From Mobula hypostoma (Eukaryota), in contig NC_086097.1 of the NCBI RefSeq assembly GCF_963921235.1, positions 8,804,001 through 8,868,000 on the forward strand: DNA of 64,000 nucleotides, written 5' to 3'. The notes under the pieces are model-generated. The model was given only the letters and a program-made list of their open reading frames with translations. It was not told the DNA's origin and made no database searches. Below, piece by piece: positions 1-12,976 of the stretch. The first letter of the stretch is position 1. Each line of letters starts with the position of its first letter. The translations under genes and the position numbers were made by a program.

Positions 1-751
1 TAGCAGATTCTGCTCTGTGAGGGTGCTGACTGAGTCTGTACGTTCATGGCTGCAAAATGGTTGATTTCTCCATGCTAGGATGACCAGATAAGTGCTGATG
101 AATCCAATCAGATGGACAACAACGGGAGATTCTCCAAATGGACTAAAATCTATTTCCATTGGACAATATTACCAGCTCCCTTTAACATGCAGAGCTCTCG
201 GGTTGCTTCTGGCCGATTGTTTCAATAAATAAACTGATTCTAGTATCATAACAGTCTTTAGACCATCAAGAGGCTTAGCCGATTGTTTTCTGAAATTTAA
301 AAAAAACTGTTGGTTCTATAACCTGGTTGATCTTAAATTCTAGTGTAATTTCAACATCTTCATAATCACTATCTCGTTATGATGTTTGGTTTTCAAAGAA
401 AGCAATTAACTGAGCTAATAAACATTGCCTAATTATAATTGTAGGATTTGACAGCATTAACGTGACTGACCGGTTGAGATTTGAACTTGAAAGCAGAATT
501 AAAATGGCAGGTAGTTTAATGAATATTCAGTATGCTCATCAAATTGTTGATAGTTTGAAAAGTCTTTTTTTCGAGCTTTTCCCCCACAATTGAAAAATCC
601 TCCTTTATTCTTCACAGATCTTGAATTTGCTTTGCATCTTTTTCAACTTCATATAACTTTATTGGCCGAGTTCAATTTAATATTATGTTTTTATTTAAGC
701 ATTAACAGCAAATCATATGATAACAGTATTAACAACTCAGGAATATTTTCT

Positions 752-1160
752 TTTTCAAGTTTATTGTCATCTGACTGTATGTACCTGTATCTATATACAC
801 ACAACCAAACGAAACAACATTCCTCCGGGCCACAGTGCACCCACTCAACATATATCAAACACACCAGATAAAACAAAATATTACCACAAATAAGTTACTA
901 AAATACAATTCAAAGTCCATGTACTGTGCAGCACATGTAAACAGTAAACTGCTTGGTGTACTAGTGGTGAGACCTCGATTGTGGCAATGTATTCAATAGC
1001 CTCACCACCTGAGGAAAGAAGCTGTTACCCAGTCTGGCAGCCCAAGTCCTGATGTTCCTGTATCTCTTTACTAAGAGTAGTGGGTCAAGGAGATTGTGGG
1101 ATGGTGGTAGATATCTTCAATAATACTTTGGCCCCTTTGTATACAATGGTCCTGGTAAAT
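752..1160 (-). mobile_element. Rex1/Babar-type LINE 3' fragment
   Basis: Reverse strand resembles the degenerate Rex1 ORF end and 3' UTR (AATAAACTTGAA tail) seen in other copies in the window. Confidence 0.6.
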
Positions 1161-1334
1161 GTCACATTTTGTTCATTTTGTGTGATTAAAGCAGAGAAAG
1201 AATCAGAAAGACAACATTTCTGCTCCTTCTATCCATGGATTACTCACTTTGAAATAATAATAGATCCAATAAATGGTTATTATCACGAAGAAGGAAAATC
1301 CTGAATCATGATTAGTGGAAATGGGATGTCTAGA

Positions 1335-1855
1335 GAAGGGTAACACCTCTGGTGAAGGGGCTTGTCATGTCCATTCACCTTTGGTCCCCACAGGACACAT
1401 ACTTCTCACCTGTGGCTCCAAGCAGCTGTTTGTATGCAACAGCGACCACACCCCAGTACGCCGCTTTGACAAATGGGCTAAACCAGGGGAGGGTAGCCAA
1501 CAGGCCCTCATATCCAGTGAGATAGGGACATGACTGTCCTAGCGGGTGAAGTCAGCTCTGGCAGACTGGGCGGCTGAGTTCTACAGTTAGATCCGACGGC
1601 TGGGAAGGCGGTACTGCAGCAATCCATAGAGAGAAAAGGGCATGGAGGGGCACTGAGAAGTCATGGTCATCCACTGCAACCAAGGAAGACCTGAGTTTGT
1701 GATACTTGTTTGTACTACTGGACCCAGACTTCTGAGGCTGAGAGAGAGGAACTACCCCAGTGTTACAGCTCTTCCACCTTAAAAATTTCCAGTATAGTTA
1801 CCTGTCATCGTTGGACATGACAGACAATCATCACACTCAAAAAGGCATGGCATGG
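1335..1855 (+). mobile_element. RTE/BovB-related non-autonomous element
   Basis: Starts GGTGAAGGGGCTTG and ends near GTTGGACATGAC, resembling BovB/RTE termini; no ORF. Confidence 0.4.
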
Positions 1856-2304
1856 AATACCAACCTGTGCAACAAACTATTAATTTAAGTATATTGCTCT
1901 GGGGGAGTTCTGCTTTCACATATTCTGCCTTTAGATTTTTGTTAACTCGGAATTCCACATTCATTATAGTTTTGGTGAAAGATGATTGATCTCAGTTTTC
2001 TGCCCTTAACACTTTTGGTAGAGCATCTTTAGTCTTGTAGATTAAAGATCAAAGTTAGAATCAAAGTAATACTTATTATCAAAGTACATATAAGTTACCA
2101 TATACTGCCTTGAAATTTTCTTGTAGGCATTTCCAGGAAAATAGAGAAATACAGTAGAATTTATGATAGAAATAGAATTACAATAGAAATTTGTAGATAA
2201 ATGAAAACTGACAAAAACTGTGCAAAAGCAGACCAATTGTGCATAAATAAATTAATACATAGATCTGTAGATAGATAGATTAATAGATAAATAATACGAA
2301 GAAA

Positions 2305-2901
2305 ATAAGACCATAAGATACAGAAGCAGAATTAGTTTGTTTGTTTCATTGAGTCTGCTCCACCATTTCACCATGGCGGATCCATTTCCCTTTCAGCGCC
2401 AATCTCCTGCCTTCACCCTGTCTCCTTTCATGCCCTGACCAATCAAGAATCTATCAACCTCTGCCATATACATACTCAATGACTTGGCCTTCAGAGCCAC
2501 CTGTAGCAATGAATTCTACAGATTTACTGCTCTCTGGCAAAAGAAATTTCTCTTTTTCACCTTTCTAAAAGGACACCCCTCTATTCTGAGGCTGTGTCCT
2601 CTGGTCTTAATATCCCTGAACATAGGAAACATCCCCTCTACATCCACTCTATCAAAGCCTTTCAGCGTTCAATAGATTTCAATGAGGTCACCCCTCATTC
2701 TTCTGAATACCAGTGAGTAGAAGCCAGAATCATCAAATGCTCCTCACCTAACAAGCAGTTCATGCTGGAGCCATCAAACACTCTTGATATGACAAACCAT
2801 TCAATCTTGGAATCATTTTCATGAACCTTCTTTTAACCTTCTCCAATGTCAGCACATCCTTTTTCAGATGTGGGGCCCAGAACTGCTCACAATACTCCAA
2901 G
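2305..2901 (-). mobile_element. CR1 LINE 3' fragment
   Basis: Reverse strand matches the CR1 RT C-terminus (LEYCEQFW region) and 3' UTR of other copies. Confidence 0.8.
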
Positions 2902-4618
2902 GGAGGGCTAACAAGAGTAGTCAAAGAGAGGGCCTACAATAGACAAAAATTAGTGGTAAGTTAGAGGACTGGGAAGCCCTTAAAAACCAACAGAAGACAA
3001 CGAAAGAGTCATTAAGAAGGTAAAGATGAAATACGAAAGTAAACTGGCCAATAATATCAAAGAGGGTACCAATATGAAATATCAGATAAATAATGAGGAA
3101 AAGAGAGCAAAAATGGATATTGGAGTATTGGAAAACGATGCTGGAGAGGACCTAATAGGAGAGAAGGAAATAACGGATGAACTGAATAAGTATTTTACAT
3201 CAGTCTTTACTGTGAAAGACATGAGCAATATGGTGGAAGTTCCAGGTGTCAGGCTTCTTCAAGTATGTGAAGTTACCATTACTAGAGAGAAAGTTCTTGT
3301 GAAACTGAGATGTCTGAAGGTAGATAGGTCACCAGGAGCAAATGGTATACACCCCAGTGTTCTGAAAGAGGTGGCTGAAGAGATTGTAGAGGTATTAGTA
3401 ATGATTTTTCAAGAATCGCCAGATTCTGGAATGGCTTTGGAAGACTGGAAAAATGCATATATCACTCCAGTCTTCAAGAAGGGAGAACGGCAGATGAAAG
3501 GAAATTATAGGCTTGTCAGTCTTCCATCAGTGACTGAGAAGATGTTGGAGTCAATTGCTAAGGATGTGGTTTTGGGTTACTTGAAGTCACATGATTAAAT
3601 AGATCGTAGTCAGCATGGATTCCTCAAGGGAAAATCTTGCCTGACAAATCTGTTGGAATTCTTTGAAGAAATAACAAGCAGAATATACAAAGGAGAATTG
3701 GTTGATGTTTTTCTTGGATTTTCAGAAGGCCTTTGACAAAGGGCATTACAGGAAATATTCTAGCAAGGATAAAGCAATGGCTGATTGGCAGGAGGCAAAG
3801 AGTGGTAATAAAGGGAGCCTTTTTTGGTTGGCTGCCATTGACTAGTGGTGTTCCACAGGGGTCTGTGTTGGAACCAGTTCTTTTTACGTTATATGTCAAT
3901 GATTTGGATGATGAAATTGATGGCTTTATTGCAAAGGTTGTAGACAATATGAAGGTAAGTGGAGAGGCAGGTAGTTTTGAGGAAGTATAGAGGCTACAGA
4001 GGGACTTAAGCAAATTAGGAGAATGTGCAAAGAATTGGCAGGTGCAATAGAGTATTTGGAAGTATACGGTCATGCACTTTGGTAGAAGAAATGAAAGTGT
4101 TGACTATTTTCTAAATAGAGAGAGGATACTAAAAACTGAGGCACAAAATGACTTGGAAGTCCTTGTTCAGGATTCCCTAAAGGTTAATTTGCAGGTTGAG
4201 TCTGTGGTGAAGAAGGCAAATGCAATGTCGGCATTCATTTCTAGAAGACTAGATTATAAAAGTAAGGATGTAATGTTGAGACTTCATAAAGCAATTGTGT
4301 CCTTCCTAGGAGTATTATGAGCAGTTTTGGGTCCCTCATCTTAGAAAGGATGCGCTGAAAATGGAAAAGGTTGAAATGAGACTCATGAAAGTGATTCCAG
4401 GATAGAATGGCTTCTCATATGAAAAGCATTTGATGGCTCTGGGCTTGCATTCACTAGAGTTCAGAAGAATGAGGGGTGACCTCATTGAAACTTATCGAAT
4501 GGTGAATGACCTTGAAAGAGTGTATGTGGAAAGGAAGTTTCCTTGGGGATGGGAGAATACAGTCTCAGAATAGAGGGGCATACTTTTAGAACAGAGATGA
4601 GGAGGAATTTCTTTAGCC
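2902..4618 (+). mobile_element. Degenerate CR1 LINE (ORF2 RT region)
   Basis: ORFs 3026-3598, 3733-3990 and 4072-4320 contain SPGANG, GNYRLVSL and GVPQGSVL motifs, broken by stops and frameshifts. Confidence 0.9.
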
Positions 4619-4799
4619 CAGGGGTGGCCAACCTTTTACATTCCATGCGTCAATGTTTTCACGCATGAGTTCAGATGCTATTTTTTCACGCACGAGTTCT
4701 ATATTAACATATTTTTACAAGAATTGAATGGGTGTACAAGGGTTCTATGGTGCATCTGAACTTGTGAGTGTAAAAATTGACCCATGGAAAGTAAAAGGT
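4619..4799. mobile_element. hAT (Charlie-like) MITE, right end truncated
   Basis: Begins CAGGGGTGGCCAACCTTTT; 4631-4678 is an imperfect inverted repeat of 4752-4799. Confidence 0.7.
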
Positions 4800-5042
4800 C
4801 TTATAGTCTTTATAAAGCTTCTTTTCCAATGTTTTAATTAATTTATTTATAATATCAATATATTATACTAAATCGCATATAAAGACTCCTTACTCTATAT
4901 TCATACGTCAATTAATTCGTAATATTGAAATATAGTAATTTTATTATATAAAAAAATCTAACCCACTACCAAGACTGAAACTGATTAGTAAAGTAAAAAA
5001 GGGAAAAAAATTATTAGTCATCATCTGTGCTTTAACAACAAA

Positions 5043-8000
5043 TCAAAGGTTTTGAAAATAATTCAGAAAAGGTTCCCACAATGTTTGAAGGTCTTGACTA
5101 GATTCAGAGATTGAACATCGAATCTTCTCTAAATTTAAACATGACATCACATCACGTAACCATTGGGCGTGATTAGGAGGGGCCGCATCTTTCCATTTAA
5201 GCAAGAGCTTCCTTCTGGCCATAAGAGACATAGAAGCCAAAATGTGCAAGTCAGATGACTCCAAAATAATATCCTTTCCTCCAACAATACCAAATAAAGC
5301 AGTCAAAGGATTAGGCTTAAAGTTTACTTTAAAAAGTATCGAGAAAGTTTCAAATACTTCTTTCCAATATTTTCCAAGACTCGAACATGTCCAAAACATA
5401 TGAATGAGTGAAGCTTCTCCATTATTACATTTATCACAAGACGGAGATATATCTAAATAAAAACGAGACAACTTATCCTTAGTCATATGGGCCCTATGGA
5501 CCACTTTAACTTGCAGGACAGAATGGTGAGCATATAATGATGAAATGTTAACCAATTTAAAAATTTGATTCCAAGTTTCCTCAGAACTTGAAGTCTGTAA
5601 ATCTTGTTCCCAAAGATTTTTAATTTTATCTAAAGGAACGCTTCCCATTCCCAATAGCATATTATAAATATTAGATATAGATCTATTATAAAACAGTTTC
5701 AAATTAAACATTACATCTAGTAAATTCTTATCAAGACTTTTAGGAATTTGAGACCGTAAAAAATCTCTTATTTGAAGGTATCCAAAAAAATGAGTTTTGG
5801 GTGAACTATATCTAGTTGACAGTTGTCCAAACGGTAAAAGACTTCCCTCTACAAACAAGTCCTGAAAGCATTTAATACCTAATCTATCCCATTCTTTAAA
5901 AGCCACATCAATCATAGAGGGTTTAAAAAAATAATGAGAAAAAATGGGACTTGAAAGAGAAAATCTCAGAAGCAAAGTATTGAGAAGGGAGGAAAAGATG
6001 GCGGCACGACGCAGCGCGCACGGCCATTCCGAATGATATAGTATGTGTTAACTAGGGGACCGTGTACAATCCTGATTTGATGGAGATAGCGGTGAGAAGC
6101 ACGGTGGAACACCTGGAGAAAGTTCTGAAATGCCCGCTTTGCCGGCGCTGCTACTGTGCAATTGAGAATCTCCGGAGGGGAAGGCCCCAGATCCTCAGCT
6201 TTGCCTATTGCCTGTTGCCAGGACCGGGGTCGAAGCGCTCGGTGCTTGGTGTCAGAGAGCTGGTCGGAAGCTCGGAGTTTTCGGACGGACTCGGAGTCGG
6301 ACTGTGGTCGGGTGCTTCCAGGATGCTGCATCGGCAAGTTTGCGGCGCTGGAGGTTCACCGTCTGCGTGAGATGATGGGACTTTCGAGAGACTTTGAGAC
6401 TTTTTACCGTGCCCATGGTCTGTTCTTTTTCAAATTACGGTATTGCTTTGCACTGTTATAACTATATGTGATAATTATGTGGTTTTTGTCAGTTTTTCAG
6501 TCAGTTTGTCATGTGTTTCTGTGATATCATTCTGGAGAAACATTTTATCATTTCTTAATGCACGCATTACTAAATGACAATAAAACAGGACTGCGTGTCC
6601 TCATAATCTAATCTAATCTAATCTTCGGAATTGTATCTAAATTCTCATAGTGTGTTTAACTACCGGATTATCAGTTAACTTACTCAGAGACAAAGGGAAT
6701 GAGGATCCAAGAAGAGAAATAATAGAAAATTTATTAATGGGGTTAGCTTCTAAAAAAAACTCACATCGGGCAATTCTCATGATTTATGTAATATAACCAG
6801 ATTGTAAGATTTCTTATATTAACTGCCCAATAATAAAATCTAAAGTTTGGTGAGGCTAATCAACCATTCTTTTTATCTTTCTGAAGATGAATTTTGTTTA
6901 GTCTAGAACGCTTATTCTTCCAGGTATAAGAAGATATAATAGAGTCAAAGGAATCAAAAAAGAATTTAGGAATATAAACCGGCAATGCCTGAAAAAGATG
7001 AATAAATTTAGGTAATATATTCATTGTGATAGAGTTGATTCGACCAATCAGCGATAACGAAAGAGGCGACCAATTTGATGGTATCCTTTTTATATGATTC
7101 AATAGAGGTAAGAAAATTTTCTTTAGATAGACACTTACAGTTTTTAGTGATTGTTACACCTAAGTAGGTAAATTGGTTTCTTACAATTTTAAAAGGAAGG
7201 TTAGAATTTGTTGGTATCAAATTGTTCAAAGGAAAAAGTTCACTTTTATATAGGTTTAAGTTATAACCTGAGAACTGGCTAAAGCAGGAGAGTAAAGAAA
7301 GCACATGGGGTAATGAAGTCTCAACATTAGAAATAAATAGCAGCAGATCATCAGTGTACAGTGAGACTTCATGAATAGTGTCTCTCCTTAAAATACCGGT
7401 GATATCATTAGAATCTTGGAAGGCAATGGCTAATGGTTCTAAGGCCAGATCAAAAAGCAAAGGGCTCAACGGACAGCCTTGTCTGGTGCCACGTTGAAGC
7501 TTAAATGGTTTGGAATTATGAGAATTATTGATAACCCTAGCAGAAGGAGCCAAATAAAATAATTTAATCCATTGAATGAAAATGGGTCCAAAACTGTATC
7601 TTTCTAAAGTTTTAAATAAATAATTCCATTCAACCTTGTCGAAAGCTTTCTCAGCATCTAGGGATACCACAGATTCTGATATCATATTAGAAGGAGAATA
7701 AATAACATTTAATAACTGACGAATATTAAAGTGAGAATATCGATTTTTGATAAATCCAGTTTGGTTATCAGAAATGACAGATGGTAAAATATTTTCAATC
7801 CTATGGGCCAAAACTTTAGATAGGATCTTAGTATCAACATTAGGTAAAGAGATTGGTTTATAAGAAGAGCATTCAGTTGGATCCTTATTCTTTTTAAGAA
7901 TAAGAGAAATGGAAGCCTCATAAAAAGATTGAGGGAGTGTGCCTGACTTAAATGAATCCAAAAAACTGAACATAAATGAAGTATAAGCAGTGGGGAAAAG

Positions 8001-9446
8001 GTCTTGTAGAATTTTTCAGAGAATTCATCTGGACCCAGAGCTTTCCTCAAATGTAATGAGTGCGCAGCTTCAACAATTTCCTCAAAAGAAATAGGTTGTT
8101 CCAACAACTTTCTGTTGTCATCAGAAATTGTAGGAATGTTTCATTGATCTAAAAAATTGTTCATTACAGTGTTATTCTTAGAAGATTCAGAACTATGAAG
8201 TTTGGCGTTAAATTCTCTAAAAGTATCATTTATTTCTAAATAATCAGTTGTCCTATCACCATTAGTTTTGCATATTTCTTTAACCTGTTGTTTAGCTATA
8301 AAGTTTTTAATCTGATCAGCCAATAATTTACCTGTTTTATCTTGATGCATACAAAATTGACTTTTATCTTTTAGGAGTTGGGTTTTAATTGGATAAATTA
8401 AAAGGAAATCATATTTAGTTTTAGTTTCAACACATCTTTTATATAAGGCAGGTTCTGGAGCCAAAGCATATTCTTGGTCTAACAGTTTCAGCCAATTAAC
8501 TAAATTACTTCTCTCCTTATTAGCTTTCTTCTTAATACTTGCAGTATAAGAAATAATTTGTCCTCTAATATATGCCTTAAAGGCATCCTATCTGATAAGA
8601 CTAGAAGACTCCTCTAACATATTCTTTTCAAAAAAAAGTAATTTGTCTCTCCATAAATTTTAAAAATCTTTATCAGAAAACAAAGTTAGAATAAATCGCC
8701 AAAATCTATTTGTTTAAGGAAGACCAGGGAGATTTAAAGATAGAAACACAGGAGCGCAATCTGAAACAGCAATCTCTTTATATTCACAGGATCGAACTAA
8801 TAGAATCATTTGGCTATCAATAAAAATAAATCAATCCTGGAATATGTATGATGGACATGAGGGAAAAACGAATATTCCTTGTCTACTGGATGAAAAAAAA
8901 TGCCAAGCATCAATAATACCACATTTCATTTAAAAAGATTTAATAAATACAGCTGATTTATGTGGTATCACTGGTTTAGAAGATGAACAATCTAAAACTG
9001 GATCTAAGTAACAATTAATGTCTCCACCCATCACCAATGAGTATAGACTTAGATCTGGCAAAAATGAAAAATAACGCTCAAAGAAACCTGGGTTATCTAT
9101 ATTCAGAGCATATATATTGGCAAATACCATTAATTTGTTATTTAGTTTCCCTGATACTATAACACAATGCACATTAGTATCAGAAATTACTTTATGTTGA
9201 ACAAAGGGAAGTTTATTATCTATAACGATCGAAATCCCTCTAGCTTTGGCCTGAAATGAGGAATGGAAATGAGGTTCTCTCCTTCAATTAAAAAGGCGTG
9301 AATTTTCACACTTACGTATATGGGTTTCTTGAAGAAAAACAATTGATACCTTAAGTTTTTTTGATATAGGCGAAAATCTTACTTCTTTTCACGGGGTGAT
9401 TTAGCCCTTTCACGTTAAAACTAAGTAAATTAATACTTTGATCCAT
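5043..9446 (-). pseudogene. L1 ORF2 (APE endonuclease, RT, CCHC), frameshifted and interrupted
   Basis: ATG at 9446 reads MDQSINLLSFNVKGLNHPVKR..FLQETH; RT motifs LDAEKAFD, RGTRQGCPLSP, LYTDD; CDKC..HMFWTC. Confidence 0.9.
5983..6623 (+). mobile_element. Non-autonomous retroposon (~640 bp), copy 1
   Basis: GC/CpG-rich head AAGATGGCGG, AT-rich body end, AATAAA and (AATCT)n tail; interrupts L1 ORF2; second copy at 35066. Confidence 0.8.
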
Positions 9447-10504
9447 TATAAAACTATTTATAAGAAAGGTTAAAATAGCAATCAGAAAAATATATATTGA
9501 ACCCAAATACTAAACCTTGAGATATATCAGCTAAGCAACAGAATTGACTAGATTCCCAAATCAGCTTCAAGAAAAAAGAAATTCCCATCCCCCTCCCTCC
9601 TCCCAAAGAGAGAAACTCGGTCAAAGAACAACTGCTATTTACTTCCCCTAAACACATTCCCTTAGAAAGCCTGTTGGAACAGCTCCAAAGAATTCAAGGT
9701 TATTTACTGTTACAACCAAGACTAGATAATATACAGTGGAAAACAAGCTTAGACAGATTTATCAAACAGAAATAGCAATTATTCATACTGAAAAATATTG
9801 ACCAGTCATTTTTAATATGTAGTATTTCTGTTTTTGCAAGATTTTTAATCTATTCAAAATATGTATACAATCATTTTTTTAAGTCCAAAAATTCTTGCGC
9901 CTGCTCCTTCGTATAAAACCATTTAAAAGATCCATTTTCGGATGTAATTCTCAATCGAGCTGGAGAACGAAGAGAGGGTTAAAATTTTGGCTGTATAGCT
10001 CCGCCATCACTTTTTTTAAGCTTAACATGTTCTGCCATAACTTCTGATGAAAAATCTTGAACAATATGAATCTTCTGACCTTGGTAGTCAATCATACCTT
10101 TTCCACGGGCAGCACGAATCAGACGGTCCTTTATTTGAAATTCATGGAAACATATAATGACTGATCTTGGTTTTGATTTTGAAATCAATCTATAGATAGG
10201 CGACCTGTGGGCATAATCAATCAAAGGCAGAGATTTTATAATATCAGGGAATAATTCCATCAAAAAGTTTGCAAAGAATTCTTTAGGATTATCTCCTTCC
10301 ATTTGTTCTTTAAGTCCCAAGATTCGTAAGTTGTTCCTCCTACTTCTGTTTTCCAAATCGATAATCTTCTGTCTCATTATTTCATTGGACTTGGATTGTT
10401 TTTCATACAGCTCCATTCTCCCGTCCAATAAAGTAATAACATCTTCATGTTCCTTTATCTTCTTACCATGCTCGGTTAGAATTGCTTGAATATCTCCTTG
10501 TTTC

Positions 10505-12746
10505 ATAGAACCATAGAACCATAGAAACTACAGCACAGAAACAGGCCTTTTGGCCCTTCTTGGCTGTGCCAATCCATTTTCTGCCTAGTCCCACTGACCT
10601 GCACACGGACCATATCCCTCCATACACCTCCCATCCATTTATTTGTCCAATTTATTCTTAAATGTTAAAAAAGAACCCGCATTTACCACCTCGTCTGGCA
10701 GCTCATTCCATACTCCCACCACTCTCTGTGTGAAGAAGCCCCCCCTAATGTTCCCTTTAAACTTTTCCCCCCTCACCCTTAACCTATGCCCTCTGGTTTT
10801 TTTCTCCCCTTGCCTCAGTGGAAAAAGCCTGCTTGCATTCAATCTAACGATACCCATCATAATTTTATATACCTCTATCAAATCTCCCCTCATTCTTCTA
10901 CGCTCCAGGGAATAAAGTCCTAACCTATTCAACCTTTCTCTGTAACTGAGTTTCTCAAGTCCCGGCAACATCCTTGTAAACCTTCTCTGCACTCTTTCAA
11001 CCTTATTTATATCCTTCCTGTAATTTGGTGACCAAAACTGAACACAATACTCCAGATTCGGCCTCACCAATGCCTTATACAACCTCATCATAACATTCCA
11101 GCTCTTATACTCAATACTTCGATTAATAAAGGCCAATGTACCAAAAGCTCTCTTTACGACCCTATCTACCTGTGACGCCACTTTTAGGGAATTTTGTATC
11201 TGTATTCCCAGATCCCTCTGTTCCACTGCACTCCTCAGTGCCTTACCATTAACCCTGTATGTTCTACCTTGGTTTGTCCTTCCAACGTGCAATACCTCAC
11301 ACTTGTCAGTATTAAACTCCATCTGCCATTTTTCAGCCCATTTTTCCAGCTGGTCCAAGTCCCTCTGCAGGCTCTGAAAACCTTCCTCACTGTCTACTAC
11401 ACCTCCAATCTTTGTATCATCAGCAAACTTGCTGATCCAATTTACCACATAATCATCCAGATCATTGATATAGATGACAAATAACAATGGACCCAGCACT
11501 GATCCCTGTGGTACACCACTAGTCACAGGCCTCCACTCGGAGAAGCAATTCTCTACTACCACTCTTTGGCTTCTTCCATTGAGCCAATGTCTAATCCAAT
11601 TTACCACCTCTCCATGTCTACCTAGCAACTGAATTTTCCTAACTAACCTCCCATGCGGGACCTTGTCAAAGGCCTTACTGAAGTCCATGTAGACAATATC
11701 CACTGCCTTCCCTTCATCCACTTTCCTGGTAACCTCCTCGAAAAACTCCAATAGATTGGTCAAACATGACCTGCCACGCAGAAAGCCATGTTGACTCTCC
11801 CTAATAAGTTCCTGTCTATCCAAATGCTTGTAGATTCTGTCTGTTAGTACTCCCTCCAATAACTTACCTACTACCGACGTTAAACTTACTGGCCTATAAT
11901 TTCTGGGATTACTTTTCTATCCTTTTTTAAACAACGGAACAACATGAGCCACTCTCCAATCCTCCGGCACTTCACCCATAGACAGCGACATTTTAAATAT
12001 TTCTGCCAGGTCCCCTGCAATTTCAACACTAGTCTCCTTCAAGGTCCGAGGGAACACCCTGTCAGGTCCCGGGGATTTATCCACTTTAATTTTCCTCCAG
12101 ACAGCAAGCACCTCCTCCTTTTCAATCTGTACAGTTTCCATGATCTCACTACTTGTTTCCCTTAATTCCATAGACTTCATGACAGTTTCCTTAGTAAATA
12201 CAGACGCAAAAAACCTATTTAAGATCTCCCCTATTCCTTTGGTTCCACACATAGCCAACCACTCTGATCTTCATGCGGACCAATTTTATCCTTTACAATC
12301 CTTTTGCTCTTAATATACTTGTAAAAGCTCTTTAGATTATCCTTCACTTTGACTGCCAAGGCAACCTCATGTCTTCTTTTAGCCCTCTTGATTTCTTTCT
12401 TAAGTATTTTCTTGCATTTCTTATACTCCTCAAGCACCTTACTTACTCCCTGCTTCCTATACATGTCATACAACTCCCTCTTCTTCTTTATCAGAGTTGC
12501 AATATCCCTTGAGAACCAAGGTTCCTTATTCCTATTCACTTTGCCTTTAATCCTGAAAGGAACATACAAATTCTGCACTCTCAGAATTTCTCCTTTGAAG
12601 GCTTCCCACCTACCAATCACATCCTTGCCAGAGAACAACCTGTCCCAATCCATGCTTTTTAGATCCTTTCTCATTTCTTCAAATTTGGTCTTCTTCCAGT
12701 TAAGAACCTCAACCCTAGGACCAGATCTATCCTTGTCCATGATCAA
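10505..12746 (-). mobile_element. Young 5'-truncated CR1 LINE inserted in L1 ORF1
   Basis: (TTCTATGG)n tail at about 10505-10526; GTTTC duplication at 10500-10504 and 12747-12751. Confidence 0.92.
10639..11859 (-). CDS. CR1 ORF2 reverse transcriptase domain (partial, uninterrupted 406 aa)
   Basis: QHGF, DFSKAFDKVPH, GVPQGSVLGP, FADDTK, LEYCVQFWSP motifs. Confidence 0.85.
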   Translation of the reverse strand: MEGVLTDRIYKHLDRQELIRESQHGFLRGRSCLTNLLEFFEEVTRKVDEGKAVDIVYMDFSKAFDKVPHGRLVRKIQLLGRHGEVVNWIRHWLNGRSQRVVVENCFSEWRPVTSGVPQGSVLGPLLFVIYINDLDDYVVNWISKFADDTKIGGVVDSEEGFQSLQRDLDQLEKWAEKWQMEFNTDKCEVLHVGRTNQGRTYRVNGKALRSAVEQRDLGIQIQNSLKVASQVDRVVKRAFGTLAFINRSIEYKSWNVMMRLYKALVRPNLEYCVQFWSPNYRKDINKVERVQRRFTRMLPGLEKLSYRERLNRLGLYSLERRRMRGDLIEVYKIMMGIVRLNASRLFPLRQGEKKTRGHRLRVRGEKFKGNIRGGFFTQRVVGVWNELPDEVVNAGSFLTFKNKLDK

Positions 12747-12976
12747 GTTTCGTACCTATTTGTTTAATTTCAGCACTGATTTCTTTTCTGAACTGTTGAA
12801 ACACCTCAGTAAGCTTTTGAATTGAGCCCGTAATAGTTTCCAAAGCTGCTTTGGTAGTCATAGTAAAATATTATCCCATATAACAGTAGTATTTCAAAAG
12901 GTTGGAGAGAAAAGTAAGTAAATTAGGAGCACCAGGAAAGAGCTGTTACTCCATCAGTGGCCAGCAGGCAAATCCC

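Larger units (their letters stand above)
9870..12861 (-). pseudogene. L1 ORF1, split by a CR1 insertion
   Basis: MTTKAALETITG..QIGTK joins in frame to QGDIQAIL..DLENRSRRNNLRILGLKE once the CR1 is removed; frameshift near 10015. Confidence 0.85.
4822..12976 (-). mobile_element. Full-length decayed L1-clade LINE with two nested insertions
   Basis: 5' UTR, ORF1, ORF2 (APE, RT, CCHC) and AATAAA-bearing 3' end; TSD TATAAAGCTTC at 4811-4821 and 12977-12987. Confidence 0.92.

Noticed and set aside
590..871. ORF and acceptor-like ttcacag at 617
   Set aside because: TTG start, low-complexity product running into a Rex1 tail, no convincing donor
6062..6370. Cys-containing ORF shared by the two retroposon copies, as a real protein
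   Set aside because: GTG start; the second Cys of CPLC is lost in copy 2; 16-bp and 1-bp indels shift the frame; high GC explains the open frames
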